A DNA stretch of 63,943 nt, counting the filler, from Folioceros fuciformis (lineage: Eukaryota): assembly GCA_049999805.1 (NCBI GenBank). It is 13 parts of 13 records of this genome, joined end to end, with 100 filler letters (N's around TTAATTAATTAA, not from the genome) between each part and the next. Parts side by side here need not be neighbours in the genome. Positions count along the whole stretch, not along the records: positions 44,869 to 49,783 come from JBNGIO010001402.1; positions 49,884 to 53,552 come from JBNGIO010001403.1; positions 53,653 to 57,573 come from JBNGIO010001405.1; positions 57,674 to 59,756 come from JBNGIO010001406.1; positions 59,857 to 61,771 come from JBNGIO010001407.1; 8 more parts are not named here. One strand, 5' to 3'. The notes under the pieces are model-generated. The model made no database searches. It saw only the letters and a program-made list of their open reading frames with translations, and was not told the origin of the DNA. The position numbers were made by a program, and so were the translations under genes. This document shows positions 49,135-60,620 of the stretch, piece after piece. Positions within the stretch are counted from its first letter, which is position 1. Every line of letters starts with the position of its first letter.

Positions 49135-49883
49135 CCGACTTCTCCCCACCCTGTGTAGGTATTCATTCATTGTTTTAGTCCGATGAAAAAAATTCTTTGA
49201 TCCCTTTCTGAACAACAATTGCAGCGGTGTTCTATCACCAACGGCTGGGATTCACGGCCTAACATTTTCCCATTGCATCTCCTTCCGACACTGTATAGGT
49301 TATTGTTTGCAATAAATCCCGTGAAGGAGAGCCTGGGTGTAGTCCTGCCCATGTGAGCTCCTTCGCACATCCGGCCTCCGGAGGACAAAGAGTCAGAAAA
49401 CTTGATTGAGGCATGCGCCGAAGCCCTGAAGTTCCTTTGATCCACTATGGCTTCCCATGTTGCAGGGGTCGTCTGCCTTCCTGGATGAGCGAGCTTTGTT
49501 CCTCATTCTTTATCTCAAATGAATGCTTAATAAAAGTTTCTCTCATCCTGCAGCAGGACCCAAGTGCTTTCAACAGATTCTGACCATTTTGTGTATTGAG
49601 GCGGTCCCCCTTTCCATTACTACATGCCTGTTTCGTCCTTCTTCTTTATACTTATTAATCAATATTTAATCACCACACACTATATTAAAGTATTTACTTA
49701 TTTTAAAATATATTTGTCCAATACCCAGCATGACAGTGATTTCCGCTTTTATAACCTTATCCTGTTCTTAAGAAATAATATCTNNNNNNNNNNNNNNNNN
49801 NNNNNNNNNNNNNNNNNNNNNNNNNNNTTAATTAATTAANNNNNNNNNNNNNNNNNNNNNNNNNNNNNNNNNNNNNNNNNNNN

Positions 49884-51687
49884 CCGCACGCCATCCACTG
49901 CCATTGCTGGCTCCTTGCAGCTAGCCAACCCGTCTGATCCGGCCAAGACCCCAGCTCGGATTCAGTGCCGGCTTACTATTCATGTAGATCCAACGCCGCT
50001 ACCTCCCACTCGGCTAGCCAGCCCTGTGCAGTGCCCCCTGCAGCTCCTCCACATTCGACCGTCTCATCCCCCTGGCCCGCACAGCCTGATCAGCCCGCCT
50101 GCCTAGCCGCCTAGACCTGGTCACTAGTCGGCTGATCCAGCAACACAACCCGCCTGCTAGCCGACCTCCTGCCTTCCGGGATCCGCCAACCTGACCGGAC
50201 CGTGCCTGGATCCCATCGGCCTCTGGCTGCCCACCTGGTCGGCTAGTGCCTGGGTCTGCTTGCCTGGTTGGCCCAGCCGCGATCCAGCCAGCTGCCAGGA
50301 TGCGCGTCTCTTGCAGCAGCTGGGATCCAGCCTACCAGGTCTGGATCAACCCGCAGCCCGCTAGCCGCCTTGCTGTGATGGGCCAACTACCGGCTGCCTA
50401 CCTGCTTCTCAGCAGCTGGGCCGGTCTGGGCTGCTGCCTAAACTTTTCAGCTGCCCGCCACCCGCCAGGATCCCTCTCGGCCCGTACTCCCCTCAGCTAG
50501 ACGCAGCCGCCAGCCACTCGGTGGCTGTTTGACTGCCTGGCCGGACCCGTCTGCCCGGCCTGCCATCTGCTTGGCCACGATCCATCAAGCCTACTGACCA
50601 CTTGGCTGATCCAATCGCAGGCCAGATCTTGCCAATCCGACATGCTTCCCTGCACTGTCTGCCTTGGTGATTCGGCCAGGCGCCTGCCTACCTGGATCCA
50701 CCTGCAGCCGGCCTTACTGCCGATCAGCCTGGCCGCCTACCCTACCAGTCCGAACCCGGCCAGCCCCAGGTGACTGCCCGGCCTTCGAATCCAACCCTGG
50801 CCAGCCTGCTGGGTCCTCCAGCCACCGGCCCTACCTGATCTATTGGTCACCCACAGACTCCTCAGTCGCTTGGCTGCTGCCCACAGCCGGCCTTTGCAAG
50901 CCAACCGCTGTCTGGCCGAGCAGCCAAGTCGCCTGCCTAGCACCAGCCGACCCGCCTCTACCTGCCATCCATCCAGATCCGTCCCAGCTAGCCACCAGGC
51001 AGCTGCCTGACTGCTTGCTAACGGGTCGGGTTTGTCTTCTGCAACCACCGCTTGGATGCCAACCCACCAACGAACTGCCCGACCAACCCATTTGCACCCA
51101 GCTGTTGCTCCCAACCGTTCCCAGCTGGCTGGCTCTGCATGCATAGCCGACCAACCTTGCGCCGCCCCGACTCCGACTACATCCCGCCAGCCAGGCCCGT
51201 CCTCAGCCCAGGTCAAGTCAGCCGATCAGTGTGGCTAGCCAAACAACCGGCCCATTCCTGATCCGGCTACTCTCCAACCTACTTACCCTAAGTCGACGCT
51301 CCCCCTGGCTTGGCCGTTTGGCTGGCTAGCTTTTCCCGAATATGATGCTCCCACAACCTTAGGCCCTCCCTGCGTGACCGCCTGCTCTCAGACCCTCGGT
51401 CCCAGGCACCGCTATCCCCGTCTCCCGCTTCCACCAGCATCGACCAGAGAGAGCCCCGCTCGCCTTCCATGACGTCCTAGGGTTTACTATTCCTCCGTCA
51501 CCTTACTCCAGGAACCAGAGCCCACGTCCTATCTACCACACAACCTACCTACCTTATCGACTCACCATCAATCTAGCTACTATTCTAACCTAATCTCCCA
51601 ACCTTTCCTCTACAACACTCACTCACAAATCCAAAAAAAAGAAAACCTATCATTTCCCAAGGGTTTGTTTAGCATGTGGAGTCCACA
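49884..51687. mobile_element. LTR-like sequence with an internal C-rich degenerate repeat, ending in TGTGGAGTCCACA
   Basis: The terminal ~110 bp is a diverged version of the right end of the solo LTR at 56123 (shared ctagctacta…ctaacctaatct…agcatgtggagtccaca). 49884-51300 is built from CCAGCC/CCGACC/GATCC-type motifs. Confidence 0.65.
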
Positions 51688-53261
51688 CCAGGCTAAGGCA
51701 GAGATACAGGAGCTGAAGGAGCAACAGGGGTCGCTCCTAGCTCAGGTGAGGGTAGCCCACGAGACTAATCTGGAAATGCAACATTAAATGGCTAAGGCTC
51801 AGGAGCAGGAGATAGCCGCAATGGAACAAGTCCAGAAGCTGGCCGACAGGTACAAATGGGAGCGAGACGAGGTCAGGGAGCAAGTAAAGGGGAAGGGCAA
51901 GGCTGGGCGCAGTAGCCGGACGGCGACGCAAGTAGTCGACGGGGCTACCGGTAGTCGAGTCCCAGTACCGGTAGCCGACAGGGCTACCAGTAGCCGAGCA
52001 ACCGTGCCAGTAGCCGAAGAGGCTACCGCTAGTCAAGTGGCCACACCGGTAGCCCCTTCACTGGTAGTCTTGCGACACCCGAGGTAGCCGAAGGGGCTAC
52101 CGGGAGAGGAGGGACGACGCCGGTAGCTGAAGCCACGACCCCAGTAGCCGAAGAAGTGATGACGGAGGCGCCTGTGCCCAAGAGTTCCAGGAGGGCGACT
52201 TGTGCCAAGAGGACTGAGCCGGGGGAAGCAGCAACAACTGGAGGGATGGATGACCCTCAGGTACCTCAGGAGAGCAAAGGACAGGCAGCCCGAGGTAGCC
52301 CAAGGGAGGAAGGGGTAAGCACCTCCTTTATGACAGAGGGTCAGGTTGTGCTGTAGTATGAGGAGGAGGCCTCTTATGTGCCGGGCCTCTACGTGGAAGG
52401 AGCCCGAGTTTTGAAGTTGTTTTTGTATGTACGCATGGGCACAGGAGGGACACGGGGCTACAGCCTGCAACTGAGGACCCGCAGGGGCCTCTACTACTAC
52501 CGCTGGCGGGTATGGGGACTGCCTCATTGCTATTCCGAGGCAGTCCTGGAAGAATTAACGGAGGAGGAGGCACAACAGTGGGTTGAGCGGGAGCCTGTCC
52601 TTATCCTTAGCAATCGGCGACGGAGGGAGGAGAGGGATTCCCTGTGACAGGACCCACCTGCGCCGCCGCCAGCAAGGACTAGCAATAGCAGTAGTGAGGT
52701 GGAGGTCCTTTGGGAGGACCTACCTGACTAGCGGCGGGGTAGGAGGGCCAGAGGCAGACGAGTGGGGGGAGGAGCACGACGGTCAGGAGGAAGGCGCCAG
52801 CGGCAAAGAGAGGCAATAGTAATTGCAGTCTAGACTAGTTTTTTTTAGATTGTTTTTGCTTGGACCTAAGCCGCTCAGAATTTAAGACTGCTTACTGACC
52901 CCTGACAGACTTTATGGCAGAAGGGACCGCCACTACTATGTACAAGAGGCCAGTTTGGGGCCTTGGAAAAATCAGCAAAAACCAGCCCAACATTCCAACC
53001 TTATGAAAGCCTAGCGATGGCCGTTGTCGATCAGGAGGTCCAGGCAAGCAAGCGCACGTAGTGTTCTGAGGGTGTGGGTGCAGGTGGTGGATGCTCCATG
53101 ACGGGCTCCGGGGACGAGTCAGGAGAAGAGACCTCGCTGAGTGGGAGACGAGCTCCCTAGCTATCCTCGAGATGGTCGCATGGAGTGGTGAGAGTGTCGG
53201 AGGCTGAATCCGTGAGTTCGGAGTGGAAGTGGATACCCCTTCCCTTAGTCTCTGGTGACCC
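51688..53261 (+). mobile_element. Degenerate retroelement-like internal region (GA-rich, decayed coiled-coil/low-complexity ORF)
   Basis: Broken ORFs (MAKAQEQEIAAMEQVQKL…) with repeated GTAGCCGA/GGCTACC units, lying between two LTR ends. Confidence 0.4.
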
Positions 53262-53552
53262 TGTGGACTCCACATCCTGAATAGGTCCTTGGACAATGGT
53301 AGGATTTCTCTTTTTGGGAATCTCTAAGTGAACCCTGTGGTGAAATAGTTAAAAGATTAGGAAAGATTAGTAGCTAGATTCATGGTGAGGTGAGATGTGT
53401 CTTTGAAGGGTTGCTGGAATGATCTGAGAGAAGGGATGGAATGATTTGAGAGAGGAGGGAGAGGGTTGAGAGGCACTGACCATTTTGGTAGTCTTGAGAG
53501 GTTGGTCAATTTTGGTAAGGGCACCCAGTGGTGTCCATGGGACACAACCCCT
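53262..53552. mobile_element. Partial LTR, same family as the solo LTR at 54792-56123, opposite orientation
   Basis: Nearly identical reverse complement of ~55833-56123 (the ORF track shows twin MSHGHHWVPLPK… peptides); begins TGTGGACTCCACA. Confidence 0.88.
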
Positions 53553-53789
53553 NNNNNNNNNNNNNNNNNNNNNNNNNNNNNNNNNNNNNNNNNNNNTTAA
53601 TTAATTAANNNNNNNNNNNNNNNNNNNNNNNNNNNNNNNNNNNNNNNNNNNNAATTGTCGAATGGTGCAACTCTTGAAATCCTGTCAATAGTGGTTGGCT
53701 TATCAAGCTTGACAACATGGACACACAAGGTTCGTATGCCTTATCTACTAGAACCTTGAAGAGCCTACAAGGCTTTGCCCTTAATTCAA

Positions 53790-53853
53790 TCCTAGCTACA
53801 TTGGTGGTGAGTCCTAGCTACATTGGGGTGAGTCCTAGCTACATCGGTGGTGA
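53790..53853 (+). repeat. Three tandem ~21-bp units TCCTAGCTACATTGGTGGTGAG
   Basis: Direct reading. Confidence 0.85.
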
Positions 53854-53949
53854 TGTTCAAATCTCTCGAGGATGCCTTAGCTTCATCACGAGCCATCGAT
53901 CCCTTTGTCACTATTAAAATGGTAGCATCACTTGACCCCTTTGTCACTA

Positions 53950-56880
53950 TTAAAATGGTAGCACCTGTTGTAAGCGCTTCACCTCCTTCTTAGAAGGGGC
54001 CCACAAAAATAGACAGTACCATAAAGAGGCAGTAAGGATATGGTTGATCACCACCAGCCTACCTGCCAAGTTGAGCTCCAGCAATTGTACACTAGCCGCT
54101 TTGCGAATGAACCTGAGGTAGACGTACTTCCCAATCTCCCCATTCTCATCCACCTCTTAGAAAGGAAGCCCCAAATACTTGTGGGTAGAGCCCAGGGTCA
54201 CTCGCCTAATGTGGTTAATACACTGAGGGGGCTCCCCCTCCATGTGAAGACACATCATGCGCGTCTTGTTCCAATTCACCTTACAGCCCGAAAGTTCACC
54301 AAAGACCTTGACTTGTTGGAGCAACAATTTCAATGGGGCCTCCTCTGCCAAGGAAAAGAGGAGAGTATCATCTGCAAATGCAGAGACCCTTAGCTGTGTT
54401 CCATCTGGGTTCCGAATACCCACCACTGCCAGGTCTTGCTTGACTGCTTTGAGAAAGAAGTCAGTGACGATAATAAATAAGAGCAGAGCAAGGGGGCAAC
54501 CCTGGCATACCGACCGAGAGATGCCAAAGCGCACCGTAAAAGATCTATTAACAGACACCTTGGCATCTACGCCTTCACACAAAATGGCTATCCATCTGCA
54601 CAAGTTATTCCCGAACCCGAAACTACGCAGGCATCGCAACAGGAAGTGCCACTCAACTGAATCATATGCCTTGTAAAAGTCAAGGGAAATGAAAACGGCA
54701 GCTTTCTTTTGTACCTGGGTGTTGTACTTAGCTTCCCTTAGGAGTAGGAGGTTGTCCACGATGCACCTATTTTGAATGAACCCTCACTATTTGTGGAGTG
54801 GAACTTGCACCCAAGAACCACCAAGGGGCCACACTTCCCCTTATTATCGTTGCAGTCTTATGATTCGCTCCCAAGGGAGTGAACTAATGTCAAGGTTACC
54901 TACATCTCCCTAATCTCACCTTATCTATCAGCATATACCAAGTGCTACAGCAATAGGTCAGAAGTCTCGGTCGTGTCTTCGGCTCCTACCACAACACCAA
55001 CCCTAGCCTCAACAAAATGAGAACTCCAGCATTGTCTTCAGCCCTCATTTCCAACTCCAAGTATCAATCACTTGAGTGCTAAGAGGAGGCTCCAGCTCCA
55101 AGTCTGGCCTCCAACTCTCAGCACTTAGTGCTAGCTACCTCCGCAGATGAACGAGAACCTCAACTTCAGCTAGCTCCTCACTCCAGCTCCAACACTTCAT
55201 TCCACCACTTCAGCACTTCACTTCAGCACTTCAGTCCTTCACTTCAGCACTTCAGTCCTTCACTTTAGCACTTCACTTCACCCTCCAGCCCCTCACTTCA
55301 GCTCAACTCCTCACTTCAACACTTCCACTTCCAAAATCTGCAACTCAACCCTTCTCTTCTTCAATTTGGAACACAACAGCCTTCCCTCTTGCAGCCTTCC
55401 CATCAAGGCAGAGGTGAGGCCTAGGGCTGGGTAGCCTCCTTGGCTCATGGCCCTGCAACCTCACCTCAACTAGCATGCAAGGTGGTCAACCCTTGCGGAT
55501 CCGGCCACACGAATCTTGGTAGTCTTGGGATCCTCCACGTTCCCCTAGTGGCAAGGGAAATCAAGACCTTGGTTTAGCCTCAACCAGCTCAGCGCCCTAA
55601 GCCAGGAGTTCTGCACCCAAGGTCCAAGGAAATCACACCGTAGACAGCCCCCTCCTCAATGGCAGGTCTAGCCTATTATACTACCTTGGCCCAAACCTCC
55701 ATCTCTATCTATTAGGGTTAGCCTCAGTCAACCACCCGGTAATCTCTCTCTGACCTGAGCCGCCCCTAATTCTGACCTAAACCTAACTCTGACCTAACCC
55801 TAACTTTGACCCAAACCTAGTTCTGACCTAATAGGGGTTGTGTCCCATGGACACCACTGGGTGCCTTTACCAAAATTGACCAACCTCTCAAGACTACCAA
55901 AATGGTCAATGCCTCTCAACCCTCTCCCTCCTCTCTCAAATCATTCCATCCCTTCTCTCAGATCATTCCAGCAACCCTTCAAAGACACGTCTTGCCTCAC
56001 CATTAATCTAGCTACTACTCTAACCTAATCTTTTAACCATTTCACCACAGGGTTCACTTAGAGATTCCCAAAAAGAGAAATCCTACCATTTTTCAAGGAC
56101 CTATTCAGCATGTGGAGTCCACACTTTTCTTTCTTAATCCAATCATCAAGAAATGGAGTAATTCGGTTAGCCAATACCTTAGCAATCACCTTGTGTGTGG
56201 TAGTGAGCAAGGTAATTGGGCACCAATTGGAGATTGATAGACTAGCATCTTGCTTAGGGAGCAGGGAGATAACCCCCATATTGAACCAGCTCCCCATGCT
56301 ACCCTCCTCCCAAAACATACTAACTGCCTCCACGAATAACGGCTGCATAAATTCCCAACCCCAGAGCAGGAACTCAGGAGGGATACCATCATGCCCTAGG
56401 GATTTATCCCTCGGCATCCCCTTCAGGGCCTGGAACACCTCATCAACAGTTATCGGCTTATCCAAAGCCCTGCGTTGGTTCTCGAACACCTTAGCCGAAA
56501 GTGCACCATATGAAGAAGACCAAAGCCGTTCCCACCTTGCCATCTTCCCAACACTAGAGAAAATGCTAACAAAGAAGAGGGTAATAAGAGTTTTTAAACC
56601 TTCAAGCAATTCTTGCACTATGCCACGCGTGTCTGGGAGGGTAGGAATTCGCTTCCTAGGTCGGTTAGAGGCCACCTTGTCGAAGAAGAATTTAGAGGGG
56701 CCATCCCCCTTCCTCACCCACTTAACTTTAGCCTGCTTAAACCAGCCTCTGGCCCTGTCTTCTTCCAACTTGGCCAAGGCGCATTGCACCTCCGTTTTAC
56801 GGGCCTCTTCCGCACTAGTGAAGTCCCGACCCTCGCAGCTCCTTTGGAACCAGCCCAATTCCTCCCTAAAAAAAAACTCT
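53950..56880 (-). mobile_element. L1-type LINE reverse transcriptase (ORF2) remnant, interrupted by a solo LTR
   Basis: KSLGHDGIPPEF, NWCPITLL, KVLANRI (56858-56124), resuming as GFIQNR…SLDFYKAYDSVEW…CQGCPLA…FADD…YLGLP (54783-53950), with a stop and a frameshift. Confidence 0.93.
54792..56123. mobile_element. Solo LTR (1332 bp) inserted in the LINE
   Basis: Termini TGTGGA…TCCACA; 5-bp flanks CTATT (54787-54791) and CTTTT (56124-56128) consistent with a once-mutated TSD; removing it rejoins the RT frame. Internal CACTTCAG and CTGACCTAA minisatellites. Confidence 0.88.
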
Positions 56881-57099
56881 TGCTAATGGTAATTTTATAA
56901 TTTTAAAATTTCATCTTTAAAGTTCATGGTACAACAACTGCATATCGATTATGTGCAATCTTTGTTGCAGATATTGTTTTTGATATTTAAGTGTATTAAG
57001 AATATCATTTTTATGATTTAATATAATCTAATCTAATAAAGAGCCTACATGTCCATCGGCAATGAATAATAGATTATCGAAACAAAACCAACTTCAAGT

Positions 57100-57107
57100 C
57101 TATATAT
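57100..57107 (+). promoter_or_regulatory. Putative TATA box of the secreted DY-repeat gene
   Basis: CTATATAT about 70 nt upstream of ACAATG at 57175. Confidence 0.5.
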
Positions 57108-57174
57108 GTATGCATGGTCTCTACATTCATATCCCCCTTCTTTGGAGAAAGAGGGTCTCATTTCATTGTTTACA

Positions 57175-57573
57175 ATGATTCCAAGTTTGTGCCCATTTAT
57201 GGCGACAGTGATGCTACTTGTGATGTTATCGTTGCTTGGCACCAATCATGTTTCAGCAAGGTCGCTCAGAGGTATGATGATTTCTTGTATGTGTGTCTTG
57301 CATATTTTTATTTTAGCGCTCTTAACAAGGTAGTTTGTGTCGTTGATGTGTTTGTTCAACCATATATTTGTGGTATGATGCAGGCGAACCGAAGGGAACT
57401 CTAGACTACGTGCTTCCTGGTCCAGATCCTTCGAATCCATCCCCGCCATTGCCCCCTTTTTTACCCTCTTCAAATGCTGATTATGTCCTTCCTGGTCCAG
57501 ATCTTCCCAATCCATCCCCCCCATTGCCTCCATTTTTACCATCTGCAAACCTAGATTATGTCCTTCCTGGCCC
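57175..57573 (+). CDS. Secreted Pro-rich precursor with tandem DY-initiated 25-aa repeats (candidate sulfated-peptide precursor), 3'-truncated
   Basis: Exon 1 57175-57271 (signal peptide …MLLVMLSLLGTNHVSA|RSLR), GT-AG intron 57272-57383, exon 2 in frame: GEPKGTL-DYVLPGPDPSNPSPPLPPFLPSSNA-DYVLPGPDLPNPSPPLPPFLPSANL-DYVLPG…. Confidence 0.8.
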
Positions 57574-57673
57574 NNNNNNNNNNNNNNNNNNNNNNNNNNN
57601 NNNNNNNNNNNNNNNNNTTAATTAATTAANNNNNNNNNNNNNNNNNNNNNNNNNNNNNNNNNNNNNNNNNNNN

Positions 57674-57766
57674 CGCACCCATCACCTCAGAAACTTATCT
57701 GTCCGTGATTACTTGGTTGGATGGAGCCAAGAACCAAACTCTTCTGCCACTTGGGAGCTAGAAGAC
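57674..57766 (+). mobile_element. Chromodomain remnant of a Ty3/gypsy chromovirus integrase
   Basis: Translates RTHHLRNLSVRDYLVGWSQEPNSSATWELED (YLVxW…ATWE chromo motif). Confidence 0.7.
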
Positions 57767-60620
57767 GCCTATAGACGGCACCAGATAGGGTACCCACAAA
57801 AATCCCGATTCCCAACTATGACGGTGTGAACCCGAATGGGTATGAGAAAAGGCATGCTAGATAAAGTATACTTAGATGAGCTATTTAGAAGCGTTACTTA
57901 AGCTAGGGTAATTTGAATAATTAGGATAATTACCGATTTACCTCAGGAAGTAGTTAGAGTCCGTTGTTTGGACCTTCTTTCCTGAACCAAGACCAGCCTT
58001 CTTAGGCCCTAGACACTGAACCTAACGACAGCCTATCTAAGACGACTCCTTCATGAATTTTGGATCCGACCCTGGAAATCTAGCTGGGTCTAGGAATCGA
58101 GAGCATGACACTCCCAATTGTGCTAAATTACTTAAATCTCTTGTCCCATATCTTAAAGTTAACTCATTGTTCACGAGATAAGTGCTTACGTAGGCATAAA
58201 TATAAGACAAGATCAAACATATGTATGGCCCACATGCAAAGTGTTAGGCCACATATACAAACTTTTAAAAACAAGCTTTTGTGCAAGCATATATGGTTCT
58301 TCTAGCAACATCTAGTATTTGGGAATAGGATGCTATCATCACAACCAAAAAATTATGCCATGTATGTAAAAATCATCAAAGGTGAAGATTGTAGGCAAAA
58401 AAGAGCAGATATTTAAGTGTTTTTTTCTTGTTTCTAAATGTGCCGTTTTGTATCATTTTCTGGCAATCTCTGAAAGTGGAGAATGGCTCTACTAGTTTCC
58501 AGGTGAGGTACATAGATGACGGCAACAAGGTCGTGCGTACGCAACCTAGTGATGGGCAAAGGTAAAAGTGGCAGGGAGCAGCGAAAATCTTCTTACATGC
58601 CTTGTGGCTATGGAATGCCGGTGATGTTGTGTGCCTCTGGATGATTCACACAATATAAGATGCAAAACAAATGATGCAGAACAAAGGCATCTCAAATTTT
58701 GCATGTCTATTGTAGGCATACCTTACTCATTCTAATGCATGGTTCTCAAAAACCTGAATCGGTCTCTTTCGTAGCAAAATTGGACAATGGGTTCGAAGTT
58801 GGCCAGCAAAGATGGATAGCACAAGGGTCGTTTATGCACAACCTAGCTAAGGGTGATTGGCGCAAGTAGTAGGTAGTAGCCGAAGCCTATCTTTATGCCG
58901 CAAGCATTCTCTACCATTTTTTAATGCTTTCTCCTAGGGTATCTAATAGCATATAGCTCACTATTACCGTGTGATTGAGCCAGGCTTTCACCAAAGCGGA
59001 CACGCCTCCGTTTAGGAAGCACCTAAAGAATGAATTAGCTAGAAGATAGGTCGTAGGGAAGGGGCCGTTGATGACAAATTCAATGCACACCTGTGTGTAA
59101 TCAAAGGATGTAGCTGAGGTTTATGTGTCATCAAAATATCGGACTTTGTAAGCTCCGACCTGCTATGTCAATTTTAGTCTCACGGTGCAAACACTCAAGT
59201 TTACTTTCTATCAAGGCATGGAACTATGCTTCACAGAAACGGCATGGCAGAGGTTCCTCAAGGTGGGCTCCTTATGGGCAAGATACTCTCGAGTTTGCTA
59301 TGCCTTTGAAGCTGGTTTGCGTTTTGGCTTGGTCCACCAGCTCAAGAGAGCTAGCTGATATAATGGAAGCGCGGAGAAGAGTATTTGCATATTGAAATGC
59401 AGGAAGCTTAAAGATATCAAGTTGCATACAGCTTGAACAAGATATAGAACTGGATGAATGAGAAATGCAGCTTCAAACTGTGCTATTGCGCGCCCTGCAC
59501 GCCTCTAGAAAGTGCCTAAGATATTTGTTTCGCTTCTAGGCCATGTTCCCTTTAGCAACAAATTTTTGTTCTAGCACCATTGGAGATAGGTCAAAATGTA
59601 TTGAGGAGAGATCGAAGGGTGAGAGACTCCCTATCCTCTTTGGAATGTGCCATAGTCAACGTTGATAAGGGATACCAATTCCCGAACTACAATCCACCCT
59701 CCCTAAATGTTATCTGTTGGGAGTAGGGCATTGGGTAACATTTAGGGAGGTAACAANNNNNNNNNNNNNNNNNNNNNNNNNNNNNNNNNNNNNNNNNNNN
59801 TTAATTAATTAANNNNNNNNNNNNNNNNNNNNNNNNNNNNNNNNNNNNNNNNNNNNTTATAGCCGCAAATGTACAAAGAGATACATGGAGAAAAAGTAAT
59901 ATAAAAAAATGCAATCCCCTAGCCCCACAGCCGACGATCTACCAGAGCTCTGATACACGGAGAAAAAGTAATTCCTAGAGGTGCTTTCCAACCATAGTCT
60001 GCGCATAGATAGGTACCATACGCGCTTTCCAGCCATATAGATCCCAAAGGCGCTTTGCCGGAAAAATTAGATACGCCAGGGGTGATAGTAGTTTTAAAAT
60101 GTTTTTAAAACACAGATTCATTCAGCTATGGGTTAAATAATAACAAGAAATGAGAATCCGACGCCTATGGCTCAATGGGTCCGACCTGTGACAGGTCCGC
60201 TTATCCTCTCTGATTTGGCGGGACTTTTTATTGATACAGGTACGGTCGTGGGTGCATGATGAGTAACCGCAAAGACGTAGGCAAAAGCAGCCATGGCGTG
60301 ACCGGGCATCCTTCGTGCGCTGTCCAACATAGTCCAGAATGAAAACATTGCTGTAGAAAGCTTGAGGCGAGGCGCGGCGAGGCGACCCATGTATGTGCAC
60401 ACGACGTGAGGACCACACACAGGAGAGAGCCACCAAGTGCAAAGAGCAATATGCAAAAAGGAAAAATGATCTTTTATAAGACGTAGAATACAGAGTGTGC
60501 AGGTACTGCACGGTGTCATGCGGACGCCAAAGCCCAGTGGCCTTGGTGAAGCATGACGATACAATGGTGTCATGTTTCAGGACGTGACTGGTGACGTTGG
60601 TGGTGTAGGTACACAGCATT

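Noticed and set aside
58972-58981. TGATTGAGCC, the start of miR171
   Set aside because: The match ends after 10 nt and there is no foldback.
59947-59956. GCTCTGATAC as a second retrotransposon PBS
   Set aside because: Partial match with no adjacent LTR terminus or gag sequence.
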